A stretch of 53,082 nucleotides of DNA, from assembly GCA_031550205.1 (NCBI GenBank), contig JAVBOV010000039.1, positions 1-53,082 on the forward strand, given 5' to 3'. Of the stretch, positions 39,348 through 48,166 are shown in pieces. The position numbers and the translations under genes are program-made. The stretch comes from Alphaproteobacteria bacterium. GTDB lineage: Bacteria; Pseudomonadota; Alphaproteobacteria; RF32; CAG-239. The notes under the pieces were generated by a model, which saw only the letters and a program-made list of their open reading frames with translations, was not told where the DNA came from and ran no database searches. Positions within the stretch are counted from its first letter, which is position 1, and each line of letters starts with the position of its first letter.

Positions 39348-40478
39348 CTAGAACGTAAAGCGTAATCCCAAGCTTACTGTTACAGGGACAACATTTGTTG
39401 TTTTTCCTACAGCTTGTTGGTACATATCCTGAGTTATCACGCCATGATTATCAATGATGGTTTTCAGGATTTCCTGGCCTTCGGTTTTTAACCTTAAGTT
39501 ATCAACCTGCACACCTCCGAAAATGCCAAAATGTTTGGTGAAGAGGTATGATGCTTCCAAGAAACCGCCAAAGAACGGACTATGTTTCGTTGCGCTCCAA
39601 GAGAAATTTGCCGTATGCATTTCCTGCTTGGCCATCCAGAAACCGCCCAGTGCTCCGATACCAATTCTGAATTTTTCAGTGGTATAGAAATCCCAGCCGA
39701 TTTTGGCAGCTGCAAAGTTTGACCAGAAGGCTAAGCCGTCTACATCTCTTTGCATAACTCCGCCAATAATCCCGAGCCGGAAATGTTTGGTAAACATTCC
39801 GATTTCTGCAGAAGCGCCTATGCCGTGGTTGAAAGTGTATGTCACTCCAAGATGGGCATAATATTGGCAGCAGCGGCAGTCGGGGCAATCGTTGATAAAA
39901 ATCGTGTCGCGCCTGTAATCATATACCGCCTGTGCCGGTTGGTCGCAGCACTCTATGATAAAGAAGTTGTTGGTTGTATAATTGTTGCAACAATCCTTAT
40001 CTGTCTTTTTAACCTTTGGGCAATCACCGTTGGCAACCTGAACCGAGTCACAGTCTTCGGCTTTGGCAAAGACTTGTATGTCATTTGCAGAAAGCCTGTC
40101 TAAGACATCTTGTTCAATTACCTTGGCGTTTCGGGCCTTAACCAAAATTTCCGCGTCTTTTAAGGACATGGAAAAATTTTCGCACGGGTCAAACAGTTTC
40201 CATAATTGAGTGTTTTGGATGCCTTTGGGGTTAATTGCCCGGTCACGAGCAGCTAAGTTTAAAAGATCCGGAACACTTACTCCCATTTGTCTGGAAAGTT
40301 TGTTTATAAACTCGCCTTTGGAAAGGAGGACATATGATTCTGCATCGCCATTAAAGCGGTCTCTGACCACTGCCTCAACGCTTTTGTTAAGTCTGAGATA
40401 GTTGGTTTGGGCTGCGGCGGAAAATGATATCGCACAAAATGCGATAAGAGCAAATATTATTTTATGTTTATTTTTCAT
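39348..40478 (-). CDS. secreted protein with Cys-rich linker and C-terminal outer-membrane beta-barrel
   Basis: Signal peptide, CC/CxxCxCC region, amphipathic strands ending SLGLRFTF. Confidence 0.75.
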   Translation of the reverse strand: MKNKHKIIFALIAFCAISFSAAAQTNYLRLNKSVEAVVRDRFNGDAESYVLLSKGEFINKLSRQMGVSVPDLLNLAARDRAINPKGIQNTQLWKLFDPCENFSMSLKDAEILVKARNAKVIEQDVLDRLSANDIQVFAKAEDCDSVQVANGDCPKVKKTDKDCCNNYTTNNFFIIECCDQPAQAVYDYRRDTIFINDCPDCRCCQYYAHLGVTYTFNHGIGASAEIGMFTKHFRLGIIGGVMQRDVDGLAFWSNFAAAKIGWDFYTTEKFRIGIGALGGFWMAKQEMHTANFSWSATKHSPFFGGFLEASYLFTKHFGIFGGVQVDNLRLKTEGQEILKTIIDNHGVITQDMYQQAVGKTTNVVPVTVSLGLRFTF

Positions 40479-40578
40479 GAATAAAAGAGGTTGTGACCTC
40501 AGTTTTTCCCAAGGTGATGGGGAATATAAGGTCTGGTTTTATAATTTTTTTTAATTCTTTAGTTGTTCTTAAAACAAT

Positions 40579-41919
40579 TTATTTTGTTTCTTGAACGAAT
40601 TTAACATTTGCGGAATGTTTCGTGCGATATGAAGGCGCTTCAGAATATCCGTAGGATATTGTCGAAGTGTTATACCGAACCTTGTAAGGTGCTTCCCAGC
40701 TTGTGTTCGAGAGAGTATTGCTAATCTCTTTGAAGATATTGTCCGGAATCAGATAGTCAAAAGATATTCCGTCTTTTTCGTATCGGAAAGTCGGCCAGGA
40801 GACATAGCTGGTAAAGGACTTTTTATTAGTACCCGTAACTATGCCGTTTCTGGTTCGACATTTGTAATTGCCGTCGCCGATATAGGTTTCGGTTCCGATG
40901 CATTCTCTTGCAAGGAATCTGGCATCAATTTTTTCGATGCTGTTTACGCTGCAAGTATAAATGCAATCACAAGAAGCTAATTCAGGATCATAAACAACCG
41001 GGAATTTGCCCAATTCGGTGGAATCCTTTCTGCCATCCGTATATAATATTACGAGATAGGCTGAAGTTTCTCCTTTGGTTTTTGTGATTGGCTCCCAATA
41101 TCTGCTAACCCAGCGGCATTTTTCTTTTGTACAATCTTCACAGACTTGAACCAAAAGATGCGCGTAGTTGACAACGTCGGTTTTGCTTGCGCATTCTCCG
41201 ATAATCTCAACCTCAAATTCAAAAGATGCATAATAGGTTTTGTAACCTGCCCTAACGGTTGGTTCTGTTGGGGTGGTTGCAATGTTATACCCTTTGAATC
41301 TGGGAACTTGCGTTACGCCGGGGAATTCAAAAACATCTCCGCCGATAACCAGATACGCTCTCGTCTTCTCAGCCCACACGCTTGAATTGAGCGTTTGAGA
41401 GAAGTTTTGCCTAAGGTTGGTGCTCTCCAGATAAGAAATTATGGTGGCGCCGTCCTGTTTTGTGAACTTCAGGTCATTAAAACATACAATGGTGTCTTTG
41501 CCCTGCAGTTCAATTGTTGCCGGATCGCTTACCACCGTTTGTTTCCTGTCTTCACCCCAAGCATATGCATGGTGTTGGAACTGGAACGTTTTTTCTTCTG
41601 CAGGATACACGTTAGGGATGTATTCCGTTCTGGCTGTGATATAAGATATCATAGTTGAACAGTCAAACCATTTTCTGATTACGGAGGTTTCCTTTTTCAC
41701 GAGAATTGTATCGCCGGGTTCGGTGATATAAATCGTGTCGCGGACTTCAACCGGAACTTCAATGTAGGTTGTGTCGTTTATCGTAATGTAAACGTTTTTC
41801 TCTACAGTGTCGGTTCGGAAGGTTTGGGTACTGGGAATGGGTTCAATATTGAACTTATCCTTGGTACATGCCGAAAAGGCAAAAACTGTGGCAATTGCCA
41901 AAAAAATAAATTTTTTCAT
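40579..41919 (-). CDS. lipoprotein of unknown function, Bacteroidetes-like style
   Basis: FSAC-TKD lipobox, repeated DT(I/V/T) motifs, beta-rich, Cys-rich. Confidence 0.8.
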   Translation of the reverse strand: MKKFIFLAIATVFAFSACTKDKFNIEPIPSTQTFRTDTVEKNVYITINDTTYIEVPVEVRDTIYITEPGDTILVKKETSVIRKWFDCSTMISYITARTEYIPNVYPAEEKTFQFQHHAYAWGEDRKQTVVSDPATIELQGKDTIVCFNDLKFTKQDGATIISYLESTNLRQNFSQTLNSSVWAEKTRAYLVIGGDVFEFPGVTQVPRFKGYNIATTPTEPTVRAGYKTYYASFEFEVEIIGECASKTDVVNYAHLLVQVCEDCTKEKCRWVSRYWEPITKTKGETSAYLVILYTDGRKDSTELGKFPVVYDPELASCDCIYTCSVNSIEKIDARFLARECIGTETYIGDGNYKCRTRNGIVTGTNKKSFTSYVSWPTFRYEKDGISFDYLIPDNIFKEISNTLSNTSWEAPYKVRYNTSTISYGYSEAPSYRTKHSANVKFVQETK

Positions 41920-42225
41920 AAATAAATAATGTTAGTTTAATTATTGTGTTTTAGTTTTAGAAAAAAGGAATTTCACGCGGGCATTGAGCCGGTGAAATGA
42001 TATATATAGTTTGGCAGTTTTCACGAGATTATAAAGAATTTAAAAAATAAATCTTTTATCATGAACGCCTAATAATAGTTTAAGTAATACCGAAATCGGT
42101 TAAAATAATTTTTTGTCGATTTGACTATAGCATAAAAAAAACACCTTTTCAAGACGAAAACGACGAAAAGATACATTTTTTTGGCAATTTTCATAAAATT
42201 GTAACAAATGTGAGGAGTCAGCGTG

Positions 42226-42921
42226 CTAACGCTTTGATTTTGTTTGATGATGGTTGGCCCAGTAGTATTTTGCGTAATCTTCTCCACAAACTTCACTTTC
42301 CAGCCCTTTCAGATCTTCGGCATCTATGGTTTTTTGCTCAATTTCTATTTCTTTATCTAAAGTTTCTCTCATTTGGATTATCATTTCTTTATATGAATCG
42401 CTAATAATTTTATAGGCTGCGTTGGCTTCAGACTGATTATAGACAAGAATGGGTTTCATTTGCCTTGAAGCCCAGAATAATCTTTCGGCGGCAACAGTTA
42501 CAAATTGTTCAAGCATTCTAACGGTGACTTGCATGTGGGCTTGTTCGTGCCTCAAGACGAATTTATGCAAACAACTTCCTTCTTCAAACTTGCTGTTCAC
42601 GTAAATTTTGGGAGATTGAATGCCGATATAAACATCTAGTTTTTTTAATGATGCACAAAAGCCATCTCCATATCGGACTGAGGCAGAGCTGTATTGATAA
42701 GCGGTGCCGGTTTTGCGTTGAGCCAACCCTAAAACGTGGCTGCCGAACATTTTTGATATTTCTTCTTCGGTTTTGGAAAAGTCATAAACCAGTTTGCCGT
42801 ATGAGGTGTAGAAGTTTATTTGCGGTTTGGGGGCGACGGAGCATCTCTTAAAATTATCGGCGGCAGAAGCGGCAGAAGGGAAGAGCAGGCAGATTGTTAA
42901 GATAAAAAAAACTTTTCTCAT
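42226..42921 (-). CDS. secreted putative Zn-metalloprotease (DUF922-like)
   Basis: Signal peptide, C...VLRHEQAH HExxH motif. Confidence 0.65.
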   Translation of the reverse strand: MRKVFFILTICLLFPSAASAADNFKRCSVAPKPQINFYTSYGKLVYDFSKTEEEISKMFGSHVLGLAQRKTGTAYQYSSASVRYGDGFCASLKKLDVYIGIQSPKIYVNSKFEEGSCLHKFVLRHEQAHMQVTVRMLEQFVTVAAERLFWASRQMKPILVYNQSEANAAYKIISDSYKEMIIQMRETLDKEIEIEQKTIDAEDLKGLESEVCGEDYAKYYWANHHQTKSKR

Positions 42922-42965
42922 GTAGGTTAGAATATAATATGTTTTATTAATATAGAGTTTATGAG

Positions 42966-43238
42966 ATGAGAATATTTTTTGCTTGTTTGGCAGTTCTGTT
43001 TTGCTCTGAAGCTTGGGCTGAGGAAAACGCTGCGGCGCCCGAGGCTGAGAAAAAAGATATTAGAAGATTTTTGAGATATGATGTTAATGACAAGACCGCG
43101 CCTTATTACCGCAAGGTGCGCGATGAATATATTTTGGATTTGGAGCAGATTCAGAAAAACAAAGAAATGCCGCAAAATGCCGCTAAAGACAGAGATTTGG
43201 CAAGAATGAGCAAAGAAGGCGGGGTTAAGCTTTATTAA
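42966..43238 (+). CDS. small secreted hypothetical protein
   Basis: Signal peptide ending AWA, charged mature part. Confidence 0.7.
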   Translation: MRIFFACLAVLFCSEAWAEENAAAPEAEKKDIRRFLRYDVNDKTAPYYRKVRDEYILDLEQIQKNKEMPQNAAKDRDLARMSKEGGVKLY

Positions 43239-43324
43239 GACAGAGGTTTGAGGGTCGTTTAATTAAGGGCGATTTGATTAAATCAGCATTTAAGAATTGG
43301 CATTTAGGGTAGTGTGATTACATT

Positions 43325-43364
43325 AGTTCCCATTTTCGAAAATCGATTTTCGAAAATGGGAACT
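43325..43364. repeat. perfect 40-bp palindrome
   Basis: AGTTCCCATTTTCGAAAATCGATTTTCGAAAATGGGAACT equals its reverse complement. Confidence 0.95.
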
Positions 43365-43532
43365 TTTTGTTATATCAAATAGCTAAATGGAGATTAGGCT
43401 GGAAAATGATTGGAGTTCTTTTGTTAAGCAGGGTTGGTTAAGGGGCTGTGGGTGAAATATCTTGCATTTGGTTTTTTTTTGGTATAACTTGCGGGTTAAA
43501 TGAGAATTATTAATTTTTAAAAACATATAATT

Positions 43533-44216
43533 ATGAGACAAATTACCAATGAAAATGCAGCAGCGTATCCTGTTCGCAGTTTTACTTTGAACTACTGTTT
43601 GGGAATTACAAGCTTTGATGGCAAGACGGTAAATATCGGCTTGTATAAGCAGCTTGTGCAATATGACAGAGAGCCGACAGTTTCTGATGCGGAGCTTTTG
43701 TTTGAAAAACCGATAGATGAACTTCCGCCACACTGGAGAGACAAGACTTTTGAGCTTGAGTTCCATTTTCATTCTTATTCTGACGGAGAGTGGAGCACCA
43801 ACTGCACTTTGCACATTATAAAAAGTATTTATGTGAAAAAAGAGCTGAGGCCGCTGTTTGATGAAAACGGCAGTTGCTATGCCTCTGATGAATATTTTTT
43901 GTATACAAAAAAGTATTTGGGAAACGAGGCCAAAAGAGAGATCAAGCTTGCTCATTATACTTTGGAAGAAAGACCGGAGGCTTTGCTTTGGGTTTTGGAC
44001 TGCCAAGGAGAGCAGAAAAATTCTGAAAGAAGGCTTGTTTCTGAAGAATTGAAGAAGAAAGTGGGGTTTGAGCGCTCTGCAGATTTGTGGGCGGTGCCGA
44101 CGTATGTTAACGACAAATATGTCGGAGTGCTCTTTAAGTATGACCGGACTTTTAATTGGAGGTCATATTTATTGCCGGAAGCAGAATTTTTGGCTTTGCC
44201 GAAGTTGGAAGATTAA
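43533..44216 (+). CDS. hypothetical protein
   Basis: 227-aa ORF ending at a terminator; no recognised motif. Confidence 0.7.
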   Translation: MRQITNENAAAYPVRSFTLNYCLGITSFDGKTVNIGLYKQLVQYDREPTVSDAELLFEKPIDELPPHWRDKTFELEFHFHSYSDGEWSTNCTLHIIKSIYVKKELRPLFDENGSCYASDEYFLYTKKYLGNEAKREIKLAHYTLEERPEALLWVLDCQGEQKNSERRLVSEELKKKVGFERSADLWAVPTYVNDKYVGVLFKYDRTFNWRSYLLPEAEFLALPKLED

Positions 44217-44255
44217 AAAAAACGCTCTATCAGTTTGGCTGATAGGGCGTTTTTT
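44215..44255. terminator. bidirectional terminator
   Basis: AAAAAACGCTCTATCAG-TTTGG-CTGATAGGGCGTTTTTT; similar to 46001-46037. Confidence 0.85.
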
Positions 44256-44644
44256 TATTTGCAGGATTTGGGGTAGAGCCAGTTGCCTTCCAGTTTGCGG
44301 CAGTCTTTGAGGTTGAAGTCAAAATCGCAATATTTTTCATCTAAGTTGTAGGCACTGTCATAATCCAGGCACTTTTTTGGGAACATTTTATCATATATCG
44401 GAGCGTAGCAGGCGGGTTTTTGATATTTGCATTTTTCAAATTCTGCGACTTCTTCATCGGATAGTTTTATGCAACCTTTTTTTTCATTCCAATGAAGGCA
44501 ATCTTTGCGGCATTCTTTTAAGTTGTCATCCCAAACATAGCCATCACTGGCGCAGTTGCCGACGCGGTCAAATGCGAAGTATAGGAAAGGAGCCAATAAT
44601 AGGGCTGCTATGATACAATAGATTATTAAAATTATTTTTGCCAT
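44255..44644 (-). CDS. membrane-anchored Cys-rich protein, candidate immunity partner
   Basis: N-terminal TM, about ten Cys in the soluble part, starts 4 bp after upstream stop. Confidence 0.7.
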   Translation of the reverse strand: MAKIILIIYCIIAALLLAPFLYFAFDRVGNCASDGYVWDDNLKECRKDCLHWNEKKGCIKLSDEEVAEFEKCKYQKPACYAPIYDKMFPKKCLDYDSAYNLDEKYCDFDFNLKDCRKLEGNWLYPKSCK

Positions 44645-44648
44645 ATTT

Positions 44649-45089
44649 TTACCAATATTTCTTAGGGAGAGATTTGTTTTGTTCTCTGTAATCTGCGCAA
44701 GCATCTTGAGCAGATAAGCCGGAATTTAGCTTTGCTCTTCTTATACCTTCCGCATTAACAGTCAGATCATTATTCATATCTTCTATAGCGGCATTCTTGC
44801 TTAGCCCTTTATAATGCTGATTCCATTGATAGTCAAAGCCTTCTTTTAAATTACCCAAAACACGTGCTGTTGCTTCACCATATTTTCCTCTTTTTGCGGC
44901 GTTGTAATTGGCTTTACAATGGTAGTAGTCGTCGACTTTGGTATAGTTGTGGCTTTTCATTAACTTATATTCTTTGTACATATCTGAAACTGCGCCGGTG
45001 CTTTGTTGCATTGCTCCATTATTTTCTAACAGACTTTTTCGCTTTAGCGGCTCTTGTCTTGCTGGTTGCGGGTTGTGCAGTCCTCCCAT
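44649..45089 (-). CDS. serum amyloid A-like domain protein with shared N-terminal leader
   Basis: DDYYHCKANYNAAKRGKYG resembles SAA [19 protein letters not shown]; AAGGA RBS. Confidence 0.75.
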   Translation of the reverse strand: MGGLHNPQPARQEPLKRKSLLENNGAMQQSTGAVSDMYKEYKLMKSHNYTKVDDYYHCKANYNAAKRGKYGEATARVLGNLKEGFDYQWNQHYKGLSKNAAIEDMNNDLTVNAEGIRRAKLNSGLSAQDACADYREQNKSLPKKYW

Positions 45090-45473
45090 GTTTTTTCCTT
45101 TCCGGTTTGGTTTAAGTGAGATATATGTAACATAATACAACTAAAAAGTAAAGGATATTATTCCTATATTGTGAATAAGCGGAGAATGAAAAAAAGGGCT
45201 TGCCAGTTTTAGGGATTGGCGGTAAGCTTGGCCTTGGAAAAATTGATTGTTTTTCCGGGACTTTCAAATCCCACACAAAGCGGTCTGTTATAGAGAAGGC
45301 AGATCGAAAACAAAAACGCTTCTCCTGGTCATATGACTGGGAGATGGTGTTATGTCCAGGCATTTTGCTAAAAGCATCGTGCTGTCTTTGTGCAGTTTGA
45401 AACTCCCAGTCGCTTCTAATCAAGGCGACTTTTTTATTTGTATTAACGAAAATAAAATAAGGGATGTTGATTG

Positions 45474-45854
45474 ATGAAGAAAATTATATTGGCGTTTTGT
45501 TTGCTTAGCGCCTGCACAAGCTTAACCAGACATGAACAAACAGAATTGCAAAAGTTGAAATCTCAGGGGATTACGGTGGATACGCCCAAAGGAGACTGGG
45601 AGAGGCCGGCCAACCCGGCGGCGGCCGGAGCTTTAAATTTGCTGCCGGGGTTTGGAAACTTTTATTTGGCCTCAGGAAACGCCGGACAGTCGGAGCATTA
45701 TCTTTATGGGTTTTTGAACCTGTTGACCTGGCCGATTTCGATTATTTGGGGAATTCCCGAGGCAGCGATTGATGCGAACAATATCAACAAAAGGGAGTTG
45801 GTATATTTTTACAATTATGACGAGGTGGGAAAAGGAGTTTTGAAGGAGAAGTAG
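45474..45854 (+). CDS. lipoprotein with TM2-like domain
   Basis: Lipobox LSAC, AAGALNLLPGFGNFYL. Confidence 0.75.
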   Translation: MKKIILAFCLLSACTSLTRHEQTELQKLKSQGITVDTPKGDWERPANPAAAGALNLLPGFGNFYLASGNAGQSEHYLYGFLNLLTWPISIIWGIPEAAIDANNINKRELVYFYNYDEVGKGVLKEK

Positions 45855-46000
45855 AATTTTTGCAGAGCAAAAATCGGTCTGTGGATTCCGGATATGGCAA
45901 ATCCGGCGGGGTTTGCCTTCCGGAATGACAGGGGTGGAGACGAGGTGGGGAAGGGAGCTTTGAAGGAGAAGTAGACTTTTTGGCTTTGCCAATGATGTAG

Positions 46001-46037
46001 AAAAACGCTCCGTCAGTTAAATGGACAGAGCGTTTTT
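46001..46037. terminator. bidirectional terminator
   Basis: AAAAACGCTCCGTC-N8-GACAGAGCGTTTTT. Confidence 0.8.
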
Positions 46038-46205
46038 CTAGAATTCATATGCTCTCCACAGTTCAAAAATATAAACGAGTATGAATAGAGCTAACACGAT
46101 AGCTCCCAAAGTAAATATTATTTTGTCTGCAATAACAAAAAGTGTTTTGCATATTTTTTTTGCGGTTTGTAATATTTTACTTTTATTGATTGTTTTTTTG
46201 TTCAT
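46038..46205 (-). CDS. small single-TM protein, candidate immunity partner
   Basis: 55 aa from ATG 46205 after GAGGA; basic N-terminus plus hydrophobic helix. Confidence 0.6.
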   Translation of the reverse strand: MNKKTINKSKILQTAKKICKTLFVIADKIIFTLGAIVLALFILVYIFELWRAYEF

Positions 46206-46247
46206 TTCTTCCTCGTAAAGACAATATGATATCATTAAAACGAAAAT

Positions 46248-46682
46248 TTACCAGATTTTTTTCTTTAATAAACTTTCGCAATCTGGGTTTTTGTTGAGCA
46301 AACCATATCCTGCTCCAATAACATTATTTTTCATGTCTTTTGCGCTGTCTTTTACAATGCCCCATCTTCCGTTGTATCTTTTTATCTCCTCTTCATTGCG
46401 AAGCTTATATTGAAGATCATCAACTTCTTTTGCTGCGCCAGCGGCTAAACCTATTGCAGTCATAGCCGGTCCTTCTTTGCCTGCAAGACAACTCATGTAT
46501 TGATGCTTGTTTTCATCACTTACGTTAAGTTTGGCAACTCTAGGTTTTTGATTAGCCCAGTTAGCGGTTTTTTCACCAAGGTTGTATCCGTAATTATAAA
46601 GTCCGTTATTGTTTAATAAGTTTTTTCGCTTTAGAGGCTCTGAGCCTTGTCTTGCTGATTGCGGGTTGTGTAATCCTCCCAT
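46248..46682 (-). CDS. toxin-like domain protein with shared N-terminal leader
   Basis: MGGLHNPQ.ARQ..EPLKRK.LL.NNG shared with 44649-45089; DENKH..SC...KE...DMKNNVIG. Confidence 0.75.
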   Translation of the reverse strand: MGGLHNPQSARQGSEPLKRKNLLNNNGLYNYGYNLGEKTANWANQKPRVAKLNVSDENKHQYMSCLAGKEGPAMTAIGLAAGAAKEVDDLQYKLRNEEEIKRYNGRWGIVKDSAKDMKNNVIGAGYGLLNKNPDCESLLKKKIW

Positions 46683-46775
46683 GTTTTTTCCTTTCCTGTT
46701 TAAGTGAGATATGTATAACATAATACAACTAAAAAGTAAAGGATATTATTCCTATGTTGTGTATAAATAAGGGAA

Positions 46776-46922
46776 TAGACCTGATTAAAAATCGCTGTCA
46801 TTTCGACGACGCGAACGCAGTGAGTGGAGGAGAAATCTACCTCGACGCATAAGATTTCTCCTTCATTCCCTTCGGTCAGGTCGTCGAAATGACATAAAAA
46901 AACAATTTTGAGACAGGTTATA
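46776..46922. repeat. nested repeat: RPE1-type termini around a family C REP doublet
   Basis: Right end CAATTTTGAGACAGG matches end of 50755-50897; inside TGTCATTTCGAC...GTCGAAATGACA. Confidence 0.7.
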
Positions 46923-47048
46923 AGTTAAAAATATGGATTATTGGGGCTGGATTCCAGATAAAATTTTACAATTTTTTGTCTCTGCTCGTTTCACTCGACA
47001 GAGAAAAATTGTAAAATTTTTCTGGAATGACGGTAAGGGGTAATGTGT

Positions 47049-47594
47049 TTATAAATCTATCCAATATCTTTTATAGACAGGGCCGGTGGGATTCCAGGGC
47101 ATGGTGATTTTGTTTTCAAGCACTCCGCCGTTTTTTTCAATTGCTTTCCAAGAGCCAATATTTTCTTCTTTGGCAGCAACCATAACTTTTTTTAGCCCAA
47201 GTTTTTTTGCTTCTTTCAGCAAAAGTCTCAGGCCTTTGGTGGCGTATCCTTTTTTTCTTTGAGAAATTCTAATGCCGTAAGCAATATGCCCTGATTTATA
47301 TAGTAAAAAAGGAGTTAGATAATGTCTAAGGTCGAATTGACCTATGAATTCTTTACCTTCAACCAACCAGAACGAGGTTTGGGGAACCTTATCGTAATAT
47401 TTTCCATCTTCACATAAAATTTGTTTTGGCTTGAAGTCTTTGTAAAATTCTTCTTGCAGAAATTTATCAAAATTATCTTTTAAGTTGTTTATAAAATCAG
47501 ATTCTGTATTAAATCCATGAATGAAGCCTTCTTCGCAGGCGTTGATGTAACTGTTTTTAAATTCTGTGCTTGGTTTTATGAGTTTTAGCATCAT
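47049..47594 (-). CDS. GNAT-family N-acetyltransferase
   Basis: LRHYL, GHIAYGIRISQRKKGYAT, NIGSWKAIEKNGG, RYWI. Confidence 0.93.
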   Translation of the reverse strand: MMLKLIKPSTEFKNSYINACEEGFIHGFNTESDFINNLKDNFDKFLQEEFYKDFKPKQILCEDGKYYDKVPQTSFWLVEGKEFIGQFDLRHYLTPFLLYKSGHIAYGIRISQRKKGYATKGLRLLLKEAKKLGLKKVMVAAKEENIGSWKAIEKNGGVLENKITMPWNPTGPVYKRYWIDL

Positions 47595-48166
47595 CTTAAA
47601 AAACCGTCTATTTTGTCTTTGACTTCTCTTTCAAAGCCGGATTTGTTGGAGGTTTTGTTTTGGAGGTTTTCGATTTTTTGGTAGCCGTCGGCGTAGCCGT
47701 TTCTGACTTTGGCCAAGACAACCTCAAGCGGGCGGTCCAGTTTATAGGCGCTGATGTAGTTATAATCGCGGTTTTCGTTATAATCCACAGTGTAATAGTC
47801 ATATTTATTTTGATAATTTTTAGTATATACCTCTTCTAACATTTCCATGGCTTTGGGGCAGCTGCGGCAGGCCATGGCGCTGTTATAAAATACGTATATA
47901 ATCGAGCGGTCGTAGCGGTAGGCGGTGTTTTGAAAATATTGCCCCTGGGTTTGGTTTGGGTTGTAGCCGCCTTGGTATTGAAGGTCTTCAGCTGCGGCTG
48001 TGTTGGAGAGAAACAATATAGCCGAGATTGTCACGGTTTGCAGGGCAAACCTCACAATGACATTTTTTTTAAATGAGATTGCCACGGCTGACCCCACCCG
48101 GCCTCCCCTTGAAAGGGGAGGGGAAAAGGGTGCGGTTATAAGGGTGAGCAGGAATTTTTTAGCCAT
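47591..48166 (-). CDS. secreted thioredoxin-like protein with repeat-interrupted leader
   Basis: IYVFYN...CRSC CxxC; leader includes REP-B-derived PPLSRGGRVG; start uncertain. Confidence 0.65.
   Translation of the reverse strand: MAKKFLLTLITAPFSPPLSRGGRVGSAVAISFKKNVIVRFALQTVTISAILFLSNTAAAEDLQYQGGYNPNQTQGQYFQNTAYRYDRSIIYVFYNSAMACRSCPKAMEMLEEVYTKNYQNKYDYYTVDYNENRDYNYISAYKLDRPLEVVLAKVRNGYADGYQKIENLQNKTSNKSGFEREVKDKIDGFLR

Noticed and set aside
43383-44006. 207-aa minus-strand ORF
   Set aside because: Antisense shadow of 43533-44216, which ends at a terminator and has more protein-like composition
45112-45423. ORFs 45112-45423 and 45200-45400
   Set aside because: No RBS or recognisable motif; the longer one runs into the duplicated upstream block; possibly a remnant but unsupported
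39348-47050. Prophage
   Set aside because: No integrase, structural, terminase or replication genes; mixed orientations with individual terminators
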